A stretch of 64,000 nt of DNA. It comes from Rhodopila sp. Lineage in GTDB: Bacteria; Pseudomonadota; Alphaproteobacteria; Acetobacterales; Acetobacteraceae. A program made the translations under genes and the position numbers. Each line of letters begins with the position of its first letter. The first letter of the stretch is position 1. The stretch is taken from NCBI GenBank assembly GCA_965277035.1, contig CBDIBO010000003.1:5071786-5135785 (forward strand), given 5' to 3'. A model generated the notes under the pieces. It was not told the DNA's origin. It made no database searches and was given only the letters and a program-made list of their open reading frames with translations. Of this stretch, positions 46,620-57,133 are shown piece by piece.

Positions 46620-47547
46620 GGCCGGACTGGCTATGGTTGGGGCAGCATCCCCTTACCGGAGGATAATGCTCAGCCGCCGCAGGGCGCACGACAGCGGTTC
46701 CGAATGCCTCAGGCGCTGGAGGTGGTGTTCCCCAAAACTACGTTACAGACTTGTATCGTGCATCTGATCCGCAACAGCCTTGATTACGCCAGTTGGAAGG
46801 ACCGCAAGCCGCTGGTCGCGGCGCTGCGCCGATCTACGCCGCGGCCAGCGCGGAAGCCGCCCTGGCGGCTCTCGAAGCGTTCGCGGCGGGTGAATGGGGC
46901 CGGAAGTTCCCCACCGTGGTGGCCGCCTGGCGGCGGGCGTGGGAGCAGTTAATCCCGTTCTTCACGTTTCCGCCCGAGGTCAGGCGGGTGATTTATACCA
47001 CCAATGCAATTGAGAGTGTGAACGCCAGACTGCGGAAAATCATCAAGACGCGCGGCCATTTCCCCCCCCCGATGAGGCGGCGAGCAAGCTGATTTGGTTG
47101 TCCTTGCGCAATATCACCACTGATTGGGGAAAGGCAGCGCATCATTGGAAGGAGGCGATGAACCAGTTCGCGATCCTCTACGCCGAGCGCTTTACCCAGG
47201 AGGCCTGATGCGTTGGCCGACTGGTCGCAGCAAGCTGGCCCCTCCTTGGCCGGAAGCATGGCGTGGTGCTCAGCCCCGTCAAATTGTGGGTCCTCGCCAT
47301 GCTCACCCCAAACGGGGGCTGTGCGTGGCTCCGGTCCCGCCGCAAGCGGCGAATTTGACCGGGCTTGTGCGCGAACGCCGAGACAATGGCAGGTCGGGAC
47401 GGAGGAACAGGAGCTATGATCGAACCAAGGAACATCGATCAGCGAGCATCCGACCTGGCCGGACGAGGATCATTCGACAGATACAGTCATGCGCCCAATG
47501 GTGGGTGAGACTGCAACCGCCTCACACACAGAAATCCTGACGGTCCC
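46620..47547 (+). mobile_element. Decayed IS256-family element (left boundary uncertain)
   Basis: Right end CACACAGAAATCCTGACGGTCCC resembles IS256-type IRs; a transposase fragment lies inside; no matching left IR or TSD found. Confidence 0.7.
46704..47208 (+). pseudogene. IS256 transposase C-terminal fragment with two frameshifts
   Basis: QTCIVHLIRNS / IYTTNAIESVNARLRKIIKTRGHFP / DEAASKLIWL..RNIT..W across three frames; N-terminal part missing. Confidence 0.9.
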
Positions 47548-47660
47548 ACAGATGGACCTCAAGCTGAATGACAAGCCGTTGTACAGTGATCGGTAGCTCT
47601 TCGCGGTCAACGGTCTAGGCCAACCTAGACCCAACCAGACACTTCGCCGAAACAACTCTG

Positions 47661-48293
47661 TCATCTACGTCCGCTCGCAGCCAACCCCCGCAAATCGTCC
47701 GCCGCCTTGTCCGCCACCCGACCCAGCGCCTGGCTCAGCGAAGCCGCCAGCGCGGCCTGTCCTCTGTTCTGCAACGGCGTCACCACGTGCACCGAACGGA
47801 TACCGGACACCGGCGCATCAGCACGGTGCACCGACACCGTCGCGATGATCTCCGTCCGTCCCGCCTGATCTTCGGCGAACTGTGAGACGTTCACCTGCAC
47901 GCTCGCATCCGCCTTCGAGGAGATGCCGCTATTCGATGTGAAAACGCTGCTGCCCGGCAGACGCTGGCCCAGGTCCATAGCCAGGTTGCGACCAATTGCC
48001 GCGGGCAGCGGCTCCGCCCACGCGGCATTCCGGGCAAGACGAAGCTGATTGCCGCTGTTACTCAGCACGATATAGTCCCGACTGAGGTAATCCGCCACCG
48101 TCGGGGTCTGCACTTGCACCGTCGCGGGTCCGCCGCGCTGTGGCGCGCCGGGATACGGCGTCAAGGTGTAATACCGTGGCTGCACCGAGCCACAGCCGGC
48201 AAGCAACAGGCCCATGCTCAGGGCAACAACCGCCGCCGCGGCCAGTCGCGAAAATCCACTTGCCGAACGCGCCCGGTGCGTGTGACGGGTCAC
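47661..48293 (-). CDS. pqiC: PqiC family lipoprotein
   Basis: Lipobox LAGC, PRYYTL, AAWAEPL; third gene of the operon. Confidence 0.85.
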   Translation of the reverse strand: MTRHTHRARSASGFSRLAAAAVVALSMGLLLAGCGSVQPRYYTLTPYPGAPQRGGPATVQVQTPTVADYLSRDYIVLSNSGNQLRLARNAAWAEPLPAAIGRNLAMDLGQRLPGSSVFTSNSGISSKADASVQVNVSQFAEDQAGRTEIIATVSVHRADAPVSGIRSVHVVTPLQNRGQAALAASLSQALGRVADKAADDLRGLAASGRR

Positions 48294-49993
48294 GGACCCT
48301 TCCGCCCGAACAGCAGGGAAGAGGGATGCCGGTTCAGAAAATCCGCAAGCATCCGCAGCGAAGTCGCGGTCTGCTTCAGTTGTTCCAGGACCTGATCAAG
48401 GTCGCGGTGAACACTGGAGTCACCGCCGTAGCTGCCCAGCGCCTCGTTGGCATGCGCGATCGTCTGCTGCAGCTGCCGCGACATTTCCGGCAGACGCTGC
48501 ATCAGCGGCGCGGTACCTCGATAGGTCTGCGCAACCAGTTGTCGCACCCCTTGTATCGACTTGTTCAGTTCGGACAATGCCTGCTTCAGGTCGGGATCGC
48601 TTATGGTGCCGTCCGCATGGACCAGCAGCTTGTTGAGGTTCTGGCCAATCTGATCGACCGGCATCGCCGCGAGCTTGTTCGATATGGCGGACAAGGCATC
48701 CTCGATCCCGGGCAGGCCGGACCCGGGCTGGCTGGGCAGCACCAACGCCTCGCCCTCTTTGGTGACCGTGAATGGCGGCGCGTTGGACGCGAAGGTCAGT
48801 GCGATCATCGACGATCCGGTAATCAGGCTCGATGAGCTGGTTTCCGCCCGCATGCCGTTGTTCACCATCGCCTGGACCGCGGTGAGCGCGGAGTTCTTGG
48901 TGATCTCCTCCTCCGACAGGAAGCGCTCAGGCTGCACCTCCATCGAAACCCGTAACCGCGCGTGGCCATGCGCCGGATCCACCTTCAGCTGGATCCCGGT
49001 CACGTTGCCGATCTGAAAGCCGAACATGTCAACCGGGCTGCCCACCGCCAGTCCCTGCACCGAACTCTCCAGATAGGTCACGAACTTGGTCTGCTCGCGG
49101 TAGCCCGCGATGTCAGCATCACTTTTGGTGTCGTACAGCTTGAAGGTCGCGTTGTCGGCCGCCTCCGGCACCGCCATGTCCCGCCGCTGCCGCGGCAGGC
49201 CATAGGCCACACCACCGGACAGCAGCGCCTGAAGCGATTGGACCTGCAGGCGGAACCCGCCGGCGCCGACGGCGACCTCGACACCGGACACGTCCCAGAA
49301 CCGCGTGTCCTGGCGGATGAAATGGTCATACGGCTCGCGGACGAACACGTTGACCGGAATTGGACCGATCCCGCCGTGTGGTATAGTGTATGCAAGTACC
49401 TCACCCACGACGATATCGCGAAAGAACATCGGCGCTCCCTGGTTGATCGAGCCGAGGCTGTTCGTCATAAGCGTGTAGGTGCGGCCCGGTTCGTCCGAAC
49501 GCACGCCGGGCGGCGCGTCCAGACCCTTGAAATAGGTCGCCGCTCGGCCGCCGGGCGGCCCAGGATCGACAGCGATGAAAGCGCCGGAAACCAGGGTTTC
49601 GAGACCGGAAATGTTCAGTCCGTTCAGCCGCGGCCGGACCACCCAGAATCGCGCATGGTCGGTCAGTAAGGGTGCGGCCTGTGCGCTCATCCGCACGTGG
49701 ACCTCGACTTGCTTGAGGTCTTTGCTAAGCACCACGCTCTGAACCGTGCCAAGGCCGACCGATTTGTGCTTGATCTGGGTCTGTCCGGCGGTCAGTCCGT
49801 CCGCGGTCTGGAATTGGATCGTGATCTCGGGACCTCTGCGGGAATAGGCCTGCCAGCCAAGCCACGCCGCGATGCCAAGCGCCACGATGGGAATGATCCA
49901 GATCACCGAGAAGCGGGTGCGATGACGGGTCGCTTCGGGCGGCAACCGTTGATCGTCGCGCGTGCCGGCGCCGGGTTGATCGGAACCGCTCAC
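48290..49993 (-). CDS. pqiB: PqiB (MCE/MlaD-domain) intermembrane transport protein
   Basis: IWIIPIVAL, GPEITIQF...GL.AGQT.IK, RFWVVRPR, GLETLVSGAFI. Confidence 0.93.
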   Translation of the reverse strand: MSGSDQPGAGTRDDQRLPPEATRHRTRFSVIWIIPIVALGIAAWLGWQAYSRRGPEITIQFQTADGLTAGQTQIKHKSVGLGTVQSVVLSKDLKQVEVHVRMSAQAAPLLTDHARFWVVRPRLNGLNISGLETLVSGAFIAVDPGPPGGRAATYFKGLDAPPGVRSDEPGRTYTLMTNSLGSINQGAPMFFRDIVVGEVLAYTIPHGGIGPIPVNVFVREPYDHFIRQDTRFWDVSGVEVAVGAGGFRLQVQSLQALLSGGVAYGLPRQRRDMAVPEAADNATFKLYDTKSDADIAGYREQTKFVTYLESSVQGLAVGSPVDMFGFQIGNVTGIQLKVDPAHGHARLRVSMEVQPERFLSEEEITKNSALTAVQAMVNNGMRAETSSSSLITGSSMIALTFASNAPPFTVTKEGEALVLPSQPGSGLPGIEDALSAISNKLAAMPVDQIGQNLNKLLVHADGTISDPDLKQALSELNKSIQGVRQLVAQTYRGTAPLMQRLPEMSRQLQQTIAHANEALGSYGGDSSVHRDLDQVLEQLKQTATSLRMLADFLNRHPSSLLFGRKGP

Positions 49994-51441
49994 GCTCGAG
50001 CGGTCTCCGCTTTGGCGGTGGTCCGCTCAGGGTCGGGTTCAGCGGCTGCGTGAAGCCGGCGCGCCGCATGCCATGCGCCGTTCGCCCCTGCCTCGTCCCA
50101 CATGAGGCGGGGATCAAACGCCTTCGCGGCGAAGATCGTCAGCACAACGACGGCAGCGAACGATTCCACGCCGGCGTTGGCGGTGATGTTGCCAAGCGCG
50201 CCAAACTGCACCAGGCCCACCAGGATCGACACCATGAAGACGTCGATCATCGACCACCGTCCAATGAAGTCGACGACCCGGTAAAGTCTCGAGCGATCCA
50301 CCAGTCGGATCTCCGAACGCCGCCATGTGCCGAGCATCATCACGCTGAGGCTGAGGATTTTCAGCACCGGGACCGTGATGCTGGCGAAGAACACCAACAG
50401 CGCCAACGGCAGCATTCCGGCCTGGTAAAGCTCACGCACGCCGCCAAGGATGGTGTGGCCGCCGCCCCGGTAGAGCTTTATGATCGTCATGATCGGAAAC
50501 AGGTTCGCCGGAATGTAGAGCACCGTGGCAGCCGACAGCAGCGCCGCCGTTCGTCTCAGGCTGTCCGGCTTGCGCTGACGCAGCGTCTGCCCGCAGCGTG
50601 GACAGGGCCCAGCCGACGCCTCACGCGTCAACCGATCGGTGGCGGAGCAGACAAGGCCGCACGCGGTGCAGGCAACGAGCTTCCAGGCAGGCGGCAGCTG
50701 CGGACTGTCGCCCTCGTCACGGCCCCCGTCTTCACCGCACCCGTCTTCACCGTGGACATCATCCCTGGCTGATGGCGCTGTGATCCCGTCGCCCGTGCGG
50801 GTGATGCGTTTGCATCGCCAAATGAGGTCCGCCCGAAGCGTGGCGTCCGTCGACGCCATCGTGATCATCAGACCGACAATGGCGTAGACGGCGTACCCAA
50901 TCTCGACCCGGGCCAGGTCAATCAGCTTGGAGTAGGCGACGAACACACCCAGTATGTAGACCTCGACCATCGACCACGGCCGCAATTGGTCGTACCAGCG
51001 AAGCAGTTTCGCGGTTGCCGCCGAGATCCGCCTGCGCGCCACACTCATCGTGATCATCAGCGTGAGCCCGATCACGATCGCGGGGAAGACAACGGTTGCC
51101 AGCACAACCAGCAGGCCGACCGGTTCCCAGCCCTCCCCGAACAGTACCAGAGGGCCGGTGAACAGGCCGATGGTCCGGGCGCGGCCATAAATGTTGAGCG
51201 TCATCAACGGTTGGGTAACCGCCAGCAGATAGAGCGCTGCCGAACTGAGCGCGAGCGCCATGGGCGTGAAGATTGGTGAGTTCGTGTTACGGCGCTCTAG
51301 CCGGCACTCGCAGCGCGCACATCGTGCCAGGTTTCCGGGCGGTAGCGTCGGCAAGCGCTGGAAAAACCCGCATCCGGGACACTCGCGCAGATGCTCGAGA
51401 AGCTGCAGCCGGTTCGAACGATCGTGAAACTGGCGAGGCAT
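49990..51441 (-). CDS. pqiA: PqiA (two-domain) membrane protein
   Basis: Two Cys clusters (CPGCG, CPRCG), PWSMVEVY, IGRWSMIDVF, AFDPRLMWD. Confidence 0.93.
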   Translation of the reverse strand: MPRQFHDRSNRLQLLEHLRECPGCGFFQRLPTLPPGNLARCARCECRLERRNTNSPIFTPMALALSSAALYLLAVTQPLMTLNIYGRARTIGLFTGPLVLFGEGWEPVGLLVVLATVVFPAIVIGLTLMITMSVARRRISAATAKLLRWYDQLRPWSMVEVYILGVFVAYSKLIDLARVEIGYAVYAIVGLMITMASTDATLRADLIWRCKRITRTGDGITAPSARDDVHGEDGCGEDGGRDEGDSPQLPPAWKLVACTACGLVCSATDRLTREASAGPCPRCGQTLRQRKPDSLRRTAALLSAATVLYIPANLFPIMTIIKLYRGGGHTILGGVRELYQAGMLPLALLVFFASITVPVLKILSLSVMMLGTWRRSEIRLVDRSRLYRVVDFIGRWSMIDVFMVSILVGLVQFGALGNITANAGVESFAAVVVLTIFAAKAFDPRLMWDEAGANGAWHAARRLHAAAEPDPERTTAKAETARA

Positions 51442-51956
51442 TGTTACCCGGAGCTCAAAAATCAACCGGCGCGCGTAACCGATCTTGGGTCGCTGCACGT
51501 GGTCCGAGGCCAACGGTTTAGGAAGCAGTCGGTTTCGCGGGTGACCGCGGCCTCCGCGAGTTTTGCGCGAACGGCCAGCCGCGGGCGCGGCAAGCGGTCA
51601 GTCGCAGCAAGCGGTTAGTCAGCGTATCAGAGCGTCGCGTCCAGGTTTGCCGCGGGCGCAGATTACGTTATGTTTTACAAACGAGAAAGCGATCCACGGG
51701 ACGCGCCGCGAGATCATCACCCGACGCGTGGCACCCACCCGGACATCGCCCGCGCATGAACACCCCACCATCTAATACTGAAACTCGCTGAACCGCGCCG
51801 ACGGTCGCCGGCTGACCGGTTTATCGCTTGCTTGGTTGAACAGCCCTCGCGCGGCTCGACTGAAACATACCTGAACTCAGCTGCCTAAGCTTCGGATGAG
51901 TCGCCAAATCTATCGCGAACACAGAAGGTAGAATTCCTGCGACAGACGGTGTCGGC

Positions 51957-52139
51957 CTAGCAGTCCACCCCATCCCGAATGACCGGCGTCGAGAGTGACA
52001 TTTGCACGCGACGCTCGCACAGTTCGGCCTCGGTCAGACAGAAGATACGCATCGCATCTAATGTCGCCGCTGCCGCCTCGGCTCGCCAGAGCTCTGCGCG
52101 TCTTCGCAATACGACAAGGTCATAAGGACTACGGTTCAT
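51957..52139 (-). CDS. Small hypothetical protein (60 aa)
   Basis: ATG-started helical ORF (LRRRAELWRAEAAAA) in otherwise unassigned sequence; no family recognised. Confidence 0.4.
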   Translation of the reverse strand: MNRSPYDLVVLRRRAELWRAEAAAATLDAMRIFCLTEAELCERRVQMSLSTPVIRDGVDC

Positions 52140-52702
52140 GCAGGCCGAATGCTAGGCAGGCGGCCAGATGATGACAATCAATTAGTGCCCAAATGACTGT
52201 CTTGTGAGGAGCACCTTCAGAGCACAGGTTCGGTCGGAAGATCCGCGGGATGATCAACCCCGCCCGCTTACCTTGCAGCCATTCGGCGTGACATCCGCTT
52301 GGCACAGAACGCTGCCCTCCGGTGCTCCTCAAACGTCCCAGTGAGGCCCGTGAGGCCGCACTGCCGATCGCAGGCCGGATCCAGCCGATCGGTGTCCCCC
52401 TCGTCCTGATACCTGGCCTATGCCGGCCTGCGCGAAATTCCTGGACGGGGCCGCCGAACGCGAAACCAGCGCCGGTTTCAAACCCCGGATCAGCAGGTCG
52501 ACGTATGTTCAAAGTCTTGGACTAGCAACTATCTGTGATCGGCAACCAAAAGCCGATCGTTGCCGCGGCGATACTCGGTGATATGCCGGAGTTCTTCGAC
52601 TATTCCCCACAGGCTTTGTATTGGCCTACGTCGTCGGACCGTAGCAGCTGGCTTTCTTTAGTCGGTTATCGTTATGTTATCGACACGATAAACCTGGCGC
52701 GG

Positions 52703-53737
52703 CTACTCAGCCGCGGCCGTCCTGGATGGCGCCTCGGTCCGGAAATGCGGCATCACCTCCCTGGCGAACCGTTGCAGGTTCTGGCGTGAGGTTCCGCCGC
52801 CATTCAGCAGCACATACTCCACGCCTTGCGCCTGCAGCCGCTCAAGCTTGCGGCAGATCTCGTCCGGCGTGCCATACAGAGCACTTTCCTCGCTGGCCTC
52901 GCGGGTATCGGAGAACGCCATGATGCTCGCGGTGTTGTTGCCGTCGGGTCGCTGGCTGATCGCGTGCAGCCGGCGCTGTCCGGTGATCCGCCGATCCACC
53001 GCGGCGGCCTTCTCTTCTGGTGTGTCGGCGATGAAGAAGGCTCGGGCGACGCCAACCTGGGCCGGGTCGAAGCCGGAGCCGTTCCCCAGTACCGCCGCCC
53101 TGTAGGTGTTGAAGCGAGTAATCGTCTCGTCGATCGACGCGAACTGATCCAGTAACAAATTGTGCCCGCGCGCCGCTACTTTGCGGATGCTCTCGGCATG
53201 GCCGGCACCTTGCCAGAACGGCGGATGCGGCTTCTGCTGGGTCGGCGGCTCGACGATGATGTCGTCGAATTGCCAGAACCTGCCATGAAACGAAAAGCGC
53301 TCGTTCGCGGTCCAGGACTTGGTGATGATGTCGATGGCTTCCTGGAAACGCGCGCCACCTTCTTCCATCGGGATCCGGAAGCTGGCGAACTCGTTGTGGC
53401 GATAGCCCTTGCCGATGCCGAAATCCAACCGCCCGCCCGACAGCAGATCGACTGTCGCTGCCTGTTCGGCCAGCAGCACCGGATTATGCCACGGCAGCAC
53501 CATCACCGCGGTGCCAAGCCGCAGGGTCGTGGTCTTGGCGCCGATCCAGCTCAGCAGATTGAGCGTGGCGGACACCTGCCCAAAGCCGGTGAAGTGATGC
53601 TCGACGATGAAGCAGCTGTGGTAACCCAGCGCCTCGGCCTCGATGAGGTATTCAATATAATCGTTGAACCCGGCCGCGCTGTCGACGTCCGGCCCGCCAC
53701 GTTGCGCCTGCGCGGCGCCGAAAAGTCCGAAACGCAT
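52703..53737 (-). CDS. LLM-class (luciferase-like) flavin-dependent oxidoreductase
   Basis: AEALGY...EHHF, LRLGTAVMVLPWHNPVLLAEQAATVDLLSGGRLDFGIG. Confidence 0.93.
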   Translation of the reverse strand: MRFGLFGAAQAQRGGPDVDSAAGFNDYIEYLIEAEALGYHSCFIVEHHFTGFGQVSATLNLLSWIGAKTTTLRLGTAVMVLPWHNPVLLAEQAATVDLLSGGRLDFGIGKGYRHNEFASFRIPMEEGGARFQEAIDIITKSWTANERFSFHGRFWQFDDIIVEPPTQQKPHPPFWQGAGHAESIRKVAARGHNLLLDQFASIDETITRFNTYRAAVLGNGSGFDPAQVGVARAFFIADTPEEKAAAVDRRITGQRRLHAISQRPDGNNTASIMAFSDTREASEESALYGTPDEICRKLERLQAQGVEYVLLNGGGTSRQNLQRFAREVMPHFRTEAPSRTAAAE

Positions 53738-53861
53738 CCTCGCTCTCCCTTGGGTCGCTCTCCCGTGGCACCCTACTTACGCTCCCCGCTGTGGACGGAA
53801 TATCTACCCCGGCTGGCATGGCGGGATCATGGCAACTACATTGTCTTGCCTCCCAAACGCG

Positions 53862-55487
53862 TCACGCCGCCTTCTTGATGCGCTTGCCCTTGTTCCCACG
53901 CATCTGGCTCTGTGCGCTGCCACCCTTGGCGCGATCCAACACCAGCCGGGCGTAGTCGTCCATATCGCCGCTGAACGGTGCGACCGTTCCGTCCGCCGCC
54001 AGCCACAGCCGGTCGGCCACCAGTTCCATCAATGACCGATCATGGGTGATCAGGATGACAGCCCCCTGATAGTCGTTCAACGCATCCAGCAAGGCCCGGC
54101 GGCTGTCGATGTCCAGATGGTTGGTCGGTTCGTCCAGGATCAGCAGATGCGGCGCGGCCATCGCCACCAGGTTCAGCAGCAGCCGGGCCCGCTCCCCGCC
54201 CGAGAGGTTCTCGACCGTGGTGGATTGCTTGTCAAAGCCGATGCCGAACCCTGCCAGCCGGGAGCGATGCGCGGTCTCGCTGTCATCCGCGCGCTCGCGC
54301 CGGATGATATCCAGCGGCGTGTCGGCGGGGTCCAGCGCCTCGATCTGGTGCTGATGGAACCAGCCGACCTTGAGGCGCCGCTCGCGTTGCATGTGGCCCG
54401 ATTGCAGATCCAGCGCGCCGGCGGCCATCTTGGCGAACGTCGACTTGCCGGCGCCGTTGACGCCCAGCAACCCGATGCGGTCGTCCACATCCAGCCGCAG
54501 GTTTAGATCGCGCAAAACCGGCTCCCCGTCATAGCCGACGGCCGCGGCCTCCAGGCCCATCAACGGCGGCGCCAGCGGACGCGTGGGGGAGGGGATGCTG
54601 AATGGCGCGACCCGTTCCTCCATCGTCGCGGAAACCGGCTGCATCTTGGCCAGCCGCTTCATGCGCGACTGAGCCTGGGCCGCCTTGCTGGCCTTAGCGC
54701 GAAAGCGGTCGACAAAGCTTTGCAGATGCGCCCGTTCCGCTTCCTGCCTGGTCTGGAACGCCGACAGCAGACGCGCCTTCTCCACGCGGCGCTGCTCGAA
54801 ATCGTCGTAGCCGCCGGTGTAAAGGTCAAGCTTGCCATGGTGCAGATGCAGGATCGCGCCCACCGAGTTGTTCAGCAGCTCCCGGTCATGGCTGATGATG
54901 ATCGCCGCGTTCGGGTATTTCCGCAGCCTGGCCTCGAGCCACATCGCCCCCTCAAGGTCGAGGTAGTTGGTCGGCTCGTCCAGCAGCAGCAGGTCGGGTT
55001 CGGCAAACAGCGCGGCGGCCAGGGCGACGCGCATGCGCCAGCCGCCGGAGAATTCGGCCATCGGACGCATAAGGTCGGCGGCAGCGAACCCTAAGCCCGC
55101 CAGGATCTCACCGGCGCGTGCGGGCGCCCGATCGGCGTCGATCTCCATCAGGCGGGCGTAGATGTCGGCGATCCGTTCCGGTTCGGCGGTTTCCAGTTCC
55201 GCGTTCAGCGCCTCCCGCTGCTGGTCCGCCGCCAGGATGGTATCCAGCAGGCTGACCGGCGTCGCCGGGTGTTCCTGGTCCACGCTGGCGACCCGAGCGG
55301 CCTTCGGCAGGCTAATCGCGCCGTCGTCGGGGGTGAATTCGCCGAGGATAAGCTTGAACAGCGTGGACTTGCCAACGCCATTGCGGCCGACCAGGCCCAC
55401 CTTGGCGTTGGATGGGATCAGGACGCTGGCGTGGTCAAAAAAGCGCCTGCCCCATGCGTTGAACACGAGGTCATCGATCTGCAACAT
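53862..55487 (-). CDS. ABC-F family ATP-binding protein (YheS-like)
   Basis: Two NBDs (GRNGVGKST, FSGGWRMR, LDEPTN; GVNGAGKST, LSGGERAR); no TM segments. Confidence 0.93.
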   Translation of the reverse strand: MLQIDDLVFNAWGRRFFDHASVLIPSNAKVGLVGRNGVGKSTLFKLILGEFTPDDGAISLPKAARVASVDQEHPATPVSLLDTILAADQQREALNAELETAEPERIADIYARLMEIDADRAPARAGEILAGLGFAAADLMRPMAEFSGGWRMRVALAAALFAEPDLLLLDEPTNYLDLEGAMWLEARLRKYPNAAIIISHDRELLNNSVGAILHLHHGKLDLYTGGYDDFEQRRVEKARLLSAFQTRQEAERAHLQSFVDRFRAKASKAAQAQSRMKRLAKMQPVSATMEERVAPFSIPSPTRPLAPPLMGLEAAAVGYDGEPVLRDLNLRLDVDDRIGLLGVNGAGKSTFAKMAAGALDLQSGHMQRERRLKVGWFHQHQIEALDPADTPLDIIRRERADDSETAHRSRLAGFGIGFDKQSTTVENLSGGERARLLLNLVAMAAPHLLILDEPTNHLDIDSRRALLDALNDYQGAVILITHDRSLMELVADRLWLAADGTVAPFSGDMDDYARLVLDRAKGGSAQSQMRGNKGKRIKKAA

Positions 55488-55824
55488 GCTTGAGAATACC
55501 GTTCAGCGGGGAGAGAATTGGCGCGGGGTTTAGCGCGTGCGGGTGGAAATAGCGAGGTCGTACGGATCGGCCATACAATCGTCATCACCAGCCTCATGTG
55601 GGATGATTTCTTCCGGACCGGGAAATTGGTTCAGGGCGGAACACGAGTATGGCTCGCATCCGAGCCGAAACCAGGGAACCCGGCGCGGGCCGCGACAAAA
55701 AGCCGGTCAAGCTCCACCGTGCCGCTTGCGACATCCAGGAGCACCAGCCGTGCCGGGCAGCGAGGTGCCACGGCCAAAATTACATCTTGCGTTTGATACG
55801 CCATGGGAAAATTGACGCTTAAGT

Positions 55825-55841
55825 TTGGCACGCGCCATGCA
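55825..55841 (+). promoter_or_regulatory. Candidate sigma54 promoter
   Basis: TTGGCACGCGCCATGCA: TGGCACG-N4-ATGCA, one mismatch at -14/-15 from TTGCA; intergenic. Confidence 0.45.
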
Positions 55842-55879
55842 GCGAGTTGGCCACTGGTGAGATCAACGACAGCGATCTC

Positions 55880-56125
55880 ATGAGCATCAGGCAGATCGAC
55901 GAACGCGGGCCGCCCCGCGACATCGAGCCGACAGCTTTCGAACAGCTGGCGATATGGGACCGGATGAGTTCATCGGCCTCGGCGCGTTTGGCGGGCGGGA
56001 TGACTACAGCTGTGATGCGAAGTTATAGCACAAGCATTTGGTTGACCAGATCCGTGCCAGGTCGAAAACGCTACACCGACTTGGCGCCGGCTGAACGTAG
56101 CTGTACCGTCCGGCTCCGATCATAG
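55880..56125 (+). CDS. Possible small protein (81 aa) downstream of the sigma54-like site
   Basis: ATG about 40 nt after the -12 element; no RBS or family recognised. Confidence 0.25.
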   Translation: MSIRQIDERGPPRDIEPTAFEQLAIWDRMSSSASARLAGGMTTAVMRSYSTSIWLTRSVPGRKRYTDLAPAERSCTVRLRS

Positions 56126-56149
56126 GCGCGGCGAGGAAGGAAACGAACG

Positions 56150-57001
56150 ATGGGAAAACTCACGGGCAGGGTGGCGATCGTAACGGGGTCCAGCCGCGGC
56201 ATCGGCCAGCAGATCGCTGAACTCTTCGCCGCGGAAGGCGCCAAGGTGGTGTGTGCCGCCCGCACCCTGAACGAGGGCGACCACCGAATGCTGGAGGGGT
56301 CCCTGTCACGCACCGTCGAACTGATCCGAGGCAAGGGCGGGGAGGCGACGCCGGTCACCGCCGACGTGTCCTCGGAAGCCGAGTGCGCCGCTTTGGTCCA
56401 GGCGGCTCGCCAAGCCTACGGACCGATCGACATTCTGGTGAACAACGCGGCGTTGAACTACTACCTGCCTACCGAGACCTACCCGACCAATCGCTGGATG
56501 CGCTGCTTCGCCATCAATGTGCATGCCCCGTTCATCCTGGCGAAGGAAGTCCTGACGGACATGATCCCCCGCCGCTCCGGTGCCATCGTCAACATCAGTT
56601 CGGGTGCGGCGATCGGGCCGGGCAGGGGGCCGTATGAGGACAAGACAGTGCGTGGCGGCGTCATGTACGGCGCGACCAAGGCGGCATTGGAGCGGTTTAC
56701 CCAAGGCCTCGCGCAGGAGGTCGCCCGGTATGACGGCATCAGCGTCTCCGCGGTTTCTCCCTCTCAGGTGGTGCCGACGCCGGGGACGATCCACCACAAG
56801 TTGGTGACGGGGGTTGACGATCCCAAGGGTGAACATCCGATCATGATGGCGCGTGCCGCGCTGCTGTTGGCGAGCGAACCGCCGGCCGAGGTGAACGGCC
56901 GCGTCACCTACAGCCAGCAGATCCTGAAGGAATTTGGCTGGATCGAGGACGCAAAGGGCCGTGGTGTGACCATTCGCGGCTCCGGCTATTCGCTGGTTTG
57001 A
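56150..57001 (+). CDS. Short-chain dehydrogenase/reductase
   Basis: TGSSRGIG, DILVNNA, NISS, YGATK catalytic motif. Confidence 0.93.
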   Translation: MGKLTGRVAIVTGSSRGIGQQIAELFAAEGAKVVCAARTLNEGDHRMLEGSLSRTVELIRGKGGEATPVTADVSSEAECAALVQAARQAYGPIDILVNNAALNYYLPTETYPTNRWMRCFAINVHAPFILAKEVLTDMIPRRSGAIVNISSGAAIGPGRGPYEDKTVRGGVMYGATKAALERFTQGLAQEVARYDGISVSAVSPSQVVPTPGTIHHKLVTGVDDPKGEHPIMMARAALLLASEPPAEVNGRVTYSQQILKEFGWIEDAKGRGVTIRGSGYSLV

Positions 57002-57133
57002 CCGCCGCCGGCGACCGCGGGCTGTGCCTACACCGGCCGCCCACTCGGATCCGCGTTCGCTACCGCCGGATAACCTAACGCTAAGTTGCGTGTGCCTGTT
57101 GCACCCCGCCGACGCTTGGCACGTCCCGGCGTG

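Noticed and set aside
47612-47631. Perfect 8-bp hairpin ggtctagg/cctagacc as the pqiABC terminator
   Set aside because: No U-tract on either strand; function cannot be assigned.
51681-51704. acgag...acgggacgc as a second att copy of the tRNA-Glu 3' end
   Set aside because: Only 9 contiguous matching bases, which is expected by chance in GC-rich DNA.
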